64,000 nucleotides of DNA from Octopus sinensis (lineage: Eukaryota). Made by a program: the position numbers and the translations under genes. The DNA lies in contig NC_043021.1 in NCBI RefSeq assembly GCF_006345805.1, forward strand, positions 15,686,001 to 15,750,000. The letters run 5' to 3'. The notes under the pieces were generated by a model that made no database searches, was not told where the DNA came from, and saw only the letters and a list, made by a program, of their open reading frames with translations. Positions 39,844-50,544 of the stretch are shown piece after piece (positions within the stretch are counted from its first letter, which is position 1; every line of letters begins with the position of its first letter).

Positions 39844-41081
39844 GCACACAAATATATGCATATATATGATTATGTGTGTGTATATATATATATTATATAT
39901 ATATATATATACATGTGTTTGTATATATATATATACATGATTGTGTATGTGTATATATATATATATATATATACATGCACACACACCCAAGTATATATAT
40001 GCATACATACACACACACATACACACACAAATATATGCATATATATATATATGTTGATAGTGCAGTAATACATCAGATGGTAATAAAAACTATGCTGACT
40101 TGCATCCTCTCACACACTTATGTGCAACAAAGAGCTTCAAGTGTCTTTCATGTTTGCATTATTCTGTCAAAAATGGAATGAATTTCTGTTTCATAAAATA
40201 TCTCTCCTCTTTTTTATATCATTGATCAGTTCTAGATTTTCATTGATGTTGTTGTTGTTTCCATTGTCGTTTTTGCTTCTTTATCAATAACTTGATGTTT
40301 TATTATACTCACTATATATATGTCCGACTTTACACGTATTCGTTTGTACATGTGTGTACACACACACACACACACACAAACACACATATGAGACAAAAAT
40401 ATAGATGAGTGGTTGAGAAGCTTGCTTTCCAACCATGTGGCACCTTGGGTTTAGTCCCACTGAGTGGCACCTTGGGCAAAAGTCTCCTACTATGGCCTCA
40501 CGCTGACCAAAGTCTTGTGGATGGATTTAATAAATGGAAACTGAAGGAAACCCAGTGTGTGTGTGTGTGTGCGCACGTGCCCTTGTCTTGATGTCACACC
40601 ATAGTTGTAAGTGTGTCTCACAGTCATGTAAGCAATGTTGTTCATTTCTAATGTGTTCGGCCACTGGGAAATATTACCTTACTTGCAGACAGGCACGGTT
40701 TGATGACAGAAAGAGCATCCAACTACAGCCAATTTGCTTCACCCAATTCTGTTTTAACCCATTCAAGCATGGGAAAATGGATATTAAACAATGCTAATTG
40801 GAAGTGGAGTACTGTAACTTTTTGGGAGCTGAAATTTTTCTGACTGTTATTCTGAGTTTCTCGTTGTTGATCTTCTGACAATTATGCAAAATGGAACACA
40901 AAAACCTGTATATAAAATCATCGTCATTCATCCTTTTGAATCCATTAACAGGGGGTGGCCAGATCTACCTAAATGCCACAGCAACCGCTCTCACACCATC
41001 TTGCGATCTTGCCAGGTTTTGGGCGTCCTCTCTTCTCAAGTCAACCCTCCCAAAATGTTTGTGAAATTGTATCACTGTTAA

Positions 41082-41218
41082 CCCTTTTAATGACTGACCC
41101 ACCTAATACTGTCCCTCATTCTGTGATACAAGCCTTTTCTTAAAGTGATCTAAATTTCAAATTTTCCGTTACTTTAAAAATTAATTGAAACAAAAGCAAC
41201 GGATTTCAGCAGAAAGGG
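41082..41218. mobile_element. piggyBac-type MITE (short)
   Basis: TTAA-CCCTTT ... AAAGGG-TTAA. Confidence 0.65.
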
Positions 41219-41449
41219 TTAAAGATCTTGTGTTATGTTTAAAAGATGTTAAATGCCTGCTAACAACCTAAAACATTCTACAAGTATGCTTCAAAACATC
41301 CCCCTTTTCAATTACCCAGATCGATTCATATGAGCGATTCAACATTTCTAAAATGCATAGTGACCAGGAGTTACTTCCCCTGCACATTCTTACCCAAACG
41401 CACGGAATTGTCACCATAAATCCAATGTTTACATTTCAGTATATTTTTC

Positions 41450-41484
<35 letters not shown>

Positions 41485-41771
41485 CTTATATTATTTGCTT
41501 TTTATCTCCACTATTCTAAACACATATATATATTGTTTTTATAAACGTTCTCTGTGATGATATGATAAGCGGTGCCGAGTTTTACAATTCTGTAAGCTTT
41601 AAGCTTATAAAATATTACCATTATTTACAGAAATATGTATGTATGTATATGTATATACTCTTTTACTTGTTTCAGCCATCCGGCTGAGGCCATATATATA
41701 TGCATGCTTGTCTGTCTGTTTTTCTATTATGTGGCTGTTTTCATTGTCGATGAGATCGTTTCTGCTTGCAG

Positions 41772-41961
41772 GGTGAACGCTTAAGCCACGCGGTTGGCTG
41801 TGCATTTGCTATTTGCTTGGAACGTAAACAAAAGCGAGACAAGGAGTCTGGTGTGAACGTTACCTACAATCAAGACCGTACTATCTTCACACGCACCGGC
41901 TCCTTCCGACAAGCTTCCATTACCGAGAGAATCGCTGACCCACAGAGTGCTATCCTAGCAG
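41772..41961 (+). CDS. numb: Numb exon: C-terminal helix of the PTB domain plus RTGSFR linker (phase 0 to phase 1, 190 nt)
   Basis: Acceptor ttgcag at 41766-41771 and donor gtaaca at 41962. Translates [63 protein letters not shown], matching the [20 protein letters not shown]...TFTRxGSFR signature of animal Numb. Confidence 0.97.
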
Positions 41962-44222
41962 GTAACACACTAAACGGTATCTATATTTCCTTTCCTTCAT
42001 TTTTTCATCATTTCACTAACAGTTTTTTTATTTTATTCCACTAACATTTCACTAACGTATACAAGAACTGGAGAGCGATTGTCGTCCCTAACCCCCAAGG
42101 CACAACAACACTGATTATTGTAATGCTTCCATGATCATGACCTTTAAGTCTATACTTTTTTTTCTTTTTTTGGAATGGGTAATTTTTCAGAATATATTTT
42201 TTAAAAATAAACACCAGGCATGGCTGTGTGGTTAAGAAGCTCGCTACGGAATCCTGTGATTTCAGGTTCAGCCCTACTCAGCAGCACCTTGGACAAGTTG
42301 TCTTCTATGATAATCCTGGGCCAAATAATGCTTTGTGAGTGAATTTGGTAGACAAAATCTTTGTGGAAGCTTTATTGTACCTGTTCCTTTTAAGGGACAG
42401 TTAAGTGATGGGGACATCAACAAACCAACACCAGTTGTCAAGCAGAAGTGAAGTACAAGGACATGGACACCCACATATATATATATATATATTATATAAC
42501 AGGCTTCCACTCGGTTTTCATCTGCCTAATTCACTCACAAGATATTGGCTCACCCCAGGGCAATAATGGGAGACACTTTCCCAGGGTACTGCACAGTGGA
42601 GCTGAACCCCAAACCACGTGGATGCTAAGCAAGTTTCTTAACCACACAGCCATACGAGCACTTAAAACAAAAAAAATAAAGTCCCTCGATACATTTTTAT
42701 TTTTTCTGTCCTCCCTTCAAATGTTGATGAAATAAATTTTAACTAATAATCTATTACATTTAAAGTAATTAGATGTAAACCATTTTAATTTAAAGAACAG
42801 AATATAAAAAGAAAAAAAGCAACTGCCTTTGTACCCAGATGTAAATAAATCTAAAGTATATTTCTGGGGATGTCAAAAAAGTCCCAAGAAATTTCAAGAA
42901 AATCAGGAATTTCTTGTAGATGCATTACAATGTTCAGTATTGCTGGATCTATAAATTTTTTTTTGTGTGTTTGGAGGTGTGTATGTTGACATAAGTTTCA
43001 TATTCCTTACCACTCCTTTTAGATGTTACTTCCCAATCCTGGAGCATCATCCCCCTTCCTCAACCTGTTCTTTTGATGCTGTTAAATGTAATTTATAGAC
43101 TCACACACACACACACACACACATGTTCAAGAGTAGGTTTACAGTTATCACGTAGGCACTTTTAATTTCTTTTAAAACATTTTATTACATTTAAATTTCT
43201 ATCTTACAAACTGAAAAGGAAGCTTGACAAAATTAGCTAAATTGGCAAAGAATAAGGGCTTCATATTTTTATATCATAATTAAGATTTAAACTGTTAATA
43301 TATGAACACGAAAGAGATAGTTGAATAACTGTAAACCTACTTTTGGGCCACCCTGTATATATATATATATTTATATACACACACACACACGTATATACGT
43401 GTGTGAGTGTGTAGATAGATTGACAAATAAGCTAGATAGACAAATACAGGAGGAGTTTGCTTTAAAGCATTACACAATATGTAGTAGAGCAGTGTGTTAT
43501 GATAGAAGATTGAATATCACCTTCTATAACAGACACATATGTATATTTGTATATATATATATATATACACATATACATATATATATAGCTGTCATCCATA
43601 CAAACTTGTCCTTTACAGGTGCTGGTGCCACAGAAAATGCACCCATGCAAGTGCTGCACAGATGCAGCCACTGTTGGTGGCATGTAAAAAGCACCCAGCA
43701 TGCTCAGTAAAGCGGTTGGTATCAGGAAGGGTACCCAGCCATAGAAACCTTTGTACAACAGACAATTAGAGTCTGGACAGCACCTTTGCTGGTCAACTCT
43801 TGTAAGACTCTAACCCATGCTGGCAGGGAAAACGGATGTTAAACAATGATGTGTATGTGTGTGTGTGTAAATCCTGAATTACTTCTGGGAATTACCCAAT
43901 ATTGTTAAACTTATAGTTACAGTGGTGACTATAGCAAAATCTTGTGTTTGCAAAAAGGAAACCAGTTCATAATGTCCTTTGTAAGTCTTTAAGATGATCA
44001 GATACCAGTTGTTTTTAAATTATTTGTTTTTAATTTATTTTTGTTTAATTTTGAATTTCTGTTGTGCATTGTAAAATATATGAACGAATAAGAGTTTGTA
44101 GAATATATGGATAGAATAAGGGTGATGAACAATGTCTGATCATTGCATGTGTGAATGTATGCGTGTGTGGTGATCCCTAATGGAAATGAGGTGTCCAATA
44201 CAAATGGCTCTGCTACTGAAAA

Positions 44223-44525
44223 AACAATCTCTCTCTATCCGCTCAGTCGAAGTCGACTCTCTGTCACTCGTTGGATCAGTGTCCTCCAGTCAGTTCTATC
44301 CTGGGCCGCTTCCTTCAGACTGGCCATGTCCATTCCGGTATCACTCCTGATGGTGTGAAGCCAGCGGGGTTCTTAATCGGCCTCTTCCTCTCTTGCCACT
44401 GACCATTCCGAGCATGATGTCCTTCTCCAGGGATTCTCCCCGCATAATATGACCGAAATATGCCAATCTAATAACAATAATAATTAAAAGCCCTGCCTGT
44501 TCAGGTTTCAAGCAGTGACTCACAT
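44223..44525 (-). mobile_element. RTE-clade LINE 3' fragment
   Basis: Translates RLAYFGHIMRGESLEKDIMLGMVSGKRGRGR, the characteristic RTE ORF C-terminus. Confidence 0.8.
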
Positions 44526-45760
44526 GTCATGTCTGTTAATACATCTCTCCACAAACCATATACAAAATCCTGCCCTTTCCTAAACCCCATCCCCGACAGA
44601 CAAACAATATATAAAGCCCCTCTCTCAAGGTCATCTTAACCAGTATGAGAATAAACTATAACTAGCACCCTACCACTCAGTTAAGGTATTTGGGCCCCTG
44701 CATGGGTAATACCACAGTGAGGCACCTGACCTTATATTTTCTGATCACAAATTGGCAGGATCATAAGAGCATGGCCCTTATTCTGGCTGCTTTGTGCTCT
44801 GAGTTCAAATCCTACTGAGATCCTCTTTCTAGGGGTCAATTTTGTTCTCTTGCAACCCTCACTCTTTCCCAGTGTTTCATATAGATCCCTTATAGATCGC
44901 TTTCTTCAACATGAATTTCCTTGTCAAGCCTATATTTTGAGTTGCTGGTCTTATTTAGGTCCAGCTCAAACCTAATTGAGAAATTCCAGCCATGATTATC
45001 CTGTCTTCATGTATTTGAGAGTACATTGTCCAATAGGCCCTTTATTTTTAAAGGGGGTAGAGTATAATATGATAGAGATTTAGTTGCTCTTTCTGGCACA
45101 TTAGAGTTTGCTGTGAATATTTGTATAAAACAGCTGAGTGGAAAGTTGCAATGAGCTACAAGCTGATGGCCTGGGGTTCACATCTGCTTCAAGCATTTTG
45201 GTACCTCCTGAGGCAGGACATTTTATTATATACATCAGTCCACATATCTCTGGGAGATATCCACAATATAGGTTTATCATATATTTTACCCAAATTCCAT
45301 ACCCCTATGCCAAACACTTCCTTTATTAGTTACCCTGGTTTACAAAGATATCCATGTTCCCCTCTTTAGTATTCAAATTACTCTGTCAAATATGATACTT
45401 AATTATTCACAGTGTTTTTAATTAATCAAGTTTAATCTCATAGCTTTGAGATTTCAGTGATGTGATTGTTTACTTTTAGAGTGACGTTGTAGGGTAGGTG
45501 TAAGAGGCCGGATCTGGCTGGTTTGAACATAAGACAGGCAGAATTTTTTGGCCAGATGTGGCTGGTTTAAATGCTAAATATTTAATTAATAATTCTCTCA
45601 AAAATTTTAGTTACACCAAGAAAAAAAAAAAAAAGGGTTGGGGTTTGGGATTGGAAATTCTGGATTTGAGAGTAGGTTGTATGTCTGGTGGTCACTCTGT
45701 GTCCTGAGCATTCAAGTTTACTAATCTGAGTTTCTGCTGGTTAATAATTCTCTTTGACAG

Positions 45761-45976
45761 AACCTATTCCAGTGAAGAAGGTCGACAACCCTTATGCAGT
45801 TCAGAGACCACACGCCACACACTCCTTGCTCCAAAGACAAGGATCTTTCAGGGGATTCGAGAAATTACATGAAACTTCATCTCCTTTCAAACGGTCAGTC
45901 TCTCTAAGATTGAACGAACTCCCGTCAACCTTAAGAAGACAGAACGCTGTTCTCGAATCTCCACCCAATGCAGGCG
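45761..45976 (+). CDS. numb: Numb exon: NumbF domain (phase 1 to 1, 216 nt)
   Basis: Acceptor tctttgacag and donor gtaagt at 45977. Translates (E)PIPVKKVDNPYAVQRPHATHSLLQRQGSFRGFEKLHETSSPFKRSVSLRLNELPSTLRRQNAVLESPPNAG, with the RQGSFRG and SPFKRxxSLRxNELPST motifs. Phase joins the previous exon. Confidence 0.97.
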
Positions 45977-46064
45977 GTAAGTTTCTTCTTTTCGTTTTTT
46001 TTTTGTGTATTTTCTCTCGGTCTTTTGAGATTGGGGTTTGGTGGAATGATACTCTCTTTTACTC

Positions 46065-46562
46065 TTTACTGTTTTACTTGTTTCAGTCATTTGACTGCAG
46101 CCATGCTGGAGCACCGGCTTTAATCGAGCAACTCGACCCCGGGACTTCTTCTTTGTAAGCCCAGTACTTATTCTATCGGTCTCTTTTGCCGAACCGCTAA
46201 GTGACGGGGACATAAATACACCAGCATCGGTTGTCAAGCAATGCTAGGGGGACAAACATGCACACACACATATATATATATATATATACACGACGGGCTT
46301 CTTTCAGTTTCCGTCTACCAAATCCACTGATATATGTGTGTGTGCATGTTTGTGTGTCTGTATGTGTGTGTTTGTCCCCCTAGCATTGCTTGACAACCGA
46401 TGCTGGTGTGTTTACGTCGCCGTCACTTAGCGGTTCGGGAAAAAGAGACCGATAGAATAAGTACTGGGCTTACAAAGAATAAGTCCCAGGGTCGATTTGC
46501 TCGACTAAAAGCGGTGCTCCAGCATGGCTGCAGTCAAATGACTGAAACAAGTAAAAGAGAGT
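46065..46562. mobile_element. Inverted pair of CORE-type SINE 3' halves
   Basis: Minus copy about 46065-46328 and plus copy about 46330-46562. Confidence 0.85.
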
Positions 46563-46581
46563 ATATACCCATACGCATATA

Positions 46582-46818
46582 CAGGGTGCAGCAGAAAGGT
46601 TGCCCCGATTTCAAAGGTTAATAAAAAACAAACACATAAAAATACAAGAAAAAATTTTGTATTTCTATGAAGTTCATTAAATACCATTGTGATTCGAGGG
46701 GTTTTGAAAATTGCATCACTCAAGTGGCGACTGCCGATATCCCTTCATGCATCTTCATGTGTTTTTTTGTTTTTTTTATTAACCTTTGAAATTGGGGCAA
46801 CCTTTCTGCCGCACCCTC
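46582..46818. mobile_element. Tc1/mariner-type MITE
   Basis: About 55-bp TIRs (cagggtgcagcagaaaggttgccccgatttcaaagg...) with TA target duplication. Confidence 0.8.
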
Positions 46819-46819
46819 T

Positions 46820-47258
46820 AGATTGGTCTTATTACCTGATGTATAAGAATTTCTGTGTTGATGTGTTTGTAAACGTTCGACTTGCTATATATGGAAGCAC
46901 TCCGTCGGTTACGACGACGAGGGTTCTGGTTGATCCGAATCAACGGAACAGCCTGCTCGTGAAATTAACGTGTAAGTGACTGAGCACTCCACAGACACGT
47001 GTACCCTTAACGTAGTTCTCGGGGATATTCAGCGTGACACAGAGAGTGATAAGGCCGGCCCTTTGAAATACAGGTACAACAGAAACAGGAAGTAAGAGTG
47101 AGAGAAAGTTGTGGTGAAAGAGTACAGCAGGGATCACCACCATCCCTGCCGGAGCCTCGTGGAGCTTTAGGTGTTTTCGCCCAATAAACACTCACAACGC
47201 CCGGTTTGGGAATCGAAACCATGATCCTACGACCGTGAGTCCGCTGCCTTAACCACTG
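46820..47258 (-). mobile_element. Third tRNA-derived SINE family (head cagtggttaaggcagcggactc...)
   Basis: tRNA-like head with A and B boxes on the minus strand. Related head on the plus strand at 23630-23885 with a different tail. Confidence 0.75.
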
Positions 47259-47322
47259 CTATATATATATACATACAGACTGTGTAGATTGGGATTATTC
47301 TGTGTGTGAGAGTGGAAACAAG

Positions 47323-47694
47323 GGATCTTTTCCTTTTGAACGGCACATGTCAACACAATTTCTAGTTAACTAAACACTTTAAAACTTCGTATACTGGTAG
47401 AATGTGTCAAAATAAAACATTTTTTTCTCTTGGCTTTCTTGATAAAATTGCAATTCGTTTGTTTAACGTAGTTTAATTTTTCGACGCAGCAAATGATTTT
47501 AGCTCAATTAGAGGCGATTCATTGGTTAAAATTCAAAAAATTAAACTACATTAAACAAACGAATTACAATTTTATAAAGAAAGCCAAAGGAAAAAATTTT
47601 TTTATTTTGACACATTCTACCAGTATACAAAGTTTTAAAGTGTTTAGTTAACTAGAAATTGTGTTGAAAAGTGCCGTTCAAAAGGAAAATATCC
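47323..47694. mobile_element. Fold-back MITE, arms about 159 bp
   Basis: 47323-47481 versus 47535-47694, about 53-nt spacer. Confidence 0.88.
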
Positions 47695-48029
47695 GAAACA
47701 AGACTTAGATTGAATGATTAAAACAATGTCAGAGTTTATGGAAAATTTCCAACTAGAATCACAAGAACACTGCTTGTATCAGTGTTTTATCTGACAGTTC
47801 AGTGTTCATTGTTGTCAATTTACAAACCACGCTTTTGAAACACTATTTTCACTCATTGCTCTACAGCAATACTAAAAAGGTGGGAGGAGGGGGCACTCAA
47901 TGCCTTCGGTTCTGCAAGTAAATTGGCTGTTTCTCCTGAATTATGTCCCTTGTTTAAAAGAGTTACCTCCCTTTTGAACCTCTGGAAAAAGAATTACAAA
48001 CGACATGAATTTGAACAACTTTTTTTTTA

Positions 48030-48415
48030 CTTTTTTACTTGTTTCAGACATTTTGACTGCGGCCATGCTGGAGCACCGCCTTTAGTCGAGCAAATCGACC
48101 CCAGGGCTTATTCTTTGGAAGCCTAGTACTTATTCTATCGGTCTCTTTTGACGAACCGCTAAGTTACAGGGACGTAAACACACAACCATTGGTTGTCAAA
48201 CGATGTTTGGGAGACAAACACACACACACACACACACATATATATACATATATACGACTGGCTTCTTTCAGTTTCCGTCTACCAAATCCACTCACAAGGC
48301 TTTGGTTGGCCTGAGGCTCTAGTAGAAGACACTTGCCCAAGGTGCCACGCAGTGGGACTGAACCCGGAACCATGTGGTTGGTAAGCAAGCTACTTACCAC
48401 ACAGCCACTCCTGCG

Positions 48416-48420
<5 letters not shown>
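48030..48420 (-). mobile_element. CORE-type SINE, full length
   Basis: Reverse complement of the family consensus. Confidence 0.88.
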
Positions 48421-48454
<34 letters not shown>

Positions 48455-50132
48455 GAACTTCCACACAGTTTCCATATACAAATTTCAATCTCAAAGCATT
48501 TCTTAACCTGGTTGGCATTCATTTTACACAATGTAGTCAGACATGAAGATTACATGATTTCAGTTGATTTTCAAAGAGTGTTTCAGACATAAAACTTGAA
48601 CCAAAAGCCTTTACACGTTAAATGTGACACTAACTTAGCTGTTGTTTCTTTATGCAGTTGGCTTCACTGAGTCATTTAATCTCTAACCAGTTCTGTTTAC
48701 ATTGTTGTTCTTTTATTACTGCTTCAGCAGGTATGATGAAGTTTGTATTTTATTGAAGAGGTCAGAATAGGGCCAAAACATGTCCTAGGTTGTCTTCCAT
48801 AGTAATTTAGATCATTGACTTATACCCTTCTCTTGGTGTACAGTTATTTCCAATTATCTTTTTAATATGCCCTCCGTTACATATTGACATGAAATCAAGT
48901 ATTCACAACCGACATTCACTAAATGTTATTTAAATTTATTAAATCCGGTTCACTGCCTTATTGTTCTGTACTGGGCAGCACCGATTCTTGTCTTTGAGGT
49001 TCATTCTTCAAACATCAATTAAAAAAAAAAAAGAAAAAGTTTGTAAATACCACTAATACGTTTCTGGGATTTCGAGTCACTTATATTCTTTGGGAAAAAA
49101 AAGAAACGAAAAAAATTAAGGTCCCATGTTTTTAAACAAAATTTGCCTTTTTGCTTAAAGCTGTTTAACTGTTGTTGCTGCTTTTACTGTTTCCCATAAT
49201 GCAACAGCCGGTAAGGTTTGTGTGACCATAACAACGCTTTGCTTTCAATTGTTTTGTCTCACAATAACCATTTAGTGTTTCCTATATTTGAAGCCACCCT
49301 TGCCCACCCCCATAGATAGGTTGAATTTTTTTTTTTTTTTTTTTTTTTCGAAATTCTAAAATCGGGGTTACTGGGTGGCCAGTGTGTTAGTTTGCATTGA
49401 CAGTACCCCAGATACACAAATATAGAAGGTAAATTATGTGTGAGTTTGAGGAAGCAGTACCCCAGATACACACATAAGATAGACTGTGTAGCTGTTTGCA
49501 GTAACAATACTCTAGATATACAGGTATGAGGTACACTATGTATCAGTACCCCGAGATATACAGATGTATACCAGTCTGTGTCAATTTGTTTCGAAAGTAC
49601 CCCAGGTACAGAAATCCAGAGTAGATATAACTGATAAAAGCTATCAATTTTGGTTCATAATGTTTAGCTCCCTCGTGTCATCTCATTAATGCTATTGTTA
49701 CCATTAACATACCTGTGCATTAATTATTACCTTTCTAAAGGTGAGCTAGCAGAATCGTTACTGCTTCATGACATTTCTTCTGGCCTTTTACATTTCTGAG
49801 TTCAAATCTTGCTACGGTCAACTTTGTCTTTCTTCCTTTTGGGGGTCAACAAAATAAAATGCCAGTCAAACACTGGGGTTGATGTAATTGACTACCCAAC
49901 TCCCTAAAAATTGTCGACCTTGTGTCAAAATTTGGAGCCATTATTTAACACCTTTCTAATTTAACACACCTTGTTGTTTCTTTTGTCTTATGTTCCTTCA
50001 TTACATTCTTCCCTTGTTCCTCTTATATTCTCACGCCAAGCTAACTCACCCCACTCTCTCTCTCTCCCCCTTATCACACATCCCTGCTGCTTCCACACAT
50101 AAACATATTTGTCTTCATCTGTTGTGTTTCAG

Positions 50133-50384
50133 TGAGTAGTCCTATACCCGAGCTGTCCCCTTCTGACGAGAACCCGGATTCAGTCGCCCAGATGTGTCAG
50201 CAATTATCCATGGGGCTCCGCGCCCTTAGCACAGACGATCCTTTTGCCAGTGTCCCTCACAGTACGCTCCAGTCCCTCCACTGCCCCTCCTCCGGTGTCA
50301 TCAACACTGGAGCTTCATTCCAACAGAGCCCCACACATATCTTCAGTAACCCTGGCAACCAATCAGCGAACGCTTCCTCACAAG
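50133..50384 (+). CDS. numb: Numb exon (phase 1 to 1, 252 nt)
   Basis: Acceptor gtgtttcag and donor gtaggt at 50385. Translates (V)SSPIPELSPSDENPDSVAQMCQQLSMGLRALSTDDPFASVP...NASSQ, resembling the SPIxExSP / DSVxQxCQxLSxGL segment of Drosophila Numb as I recall it. Frame is continuous. Confidence 0.92.
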
Positions 50385-50497
50385 GTAGGTTTCACATTCA
50401 TACATGCATGTGCACATGGACACACACACACATTTACTAGTACACTGACACACACATAACATGCTAACAGATATACACATGGACACACACGTCTGTT

Positions 50498-50544
<47 letters not shown>

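Noticed and set aside
49401-49612. CRISPR array
   Set aside because: Eukaryotic intron, no cas genes, repeats only 18 nt and degenerate, spacers of uneven length with mutual similarity. Kept only as a minisatellite finding.
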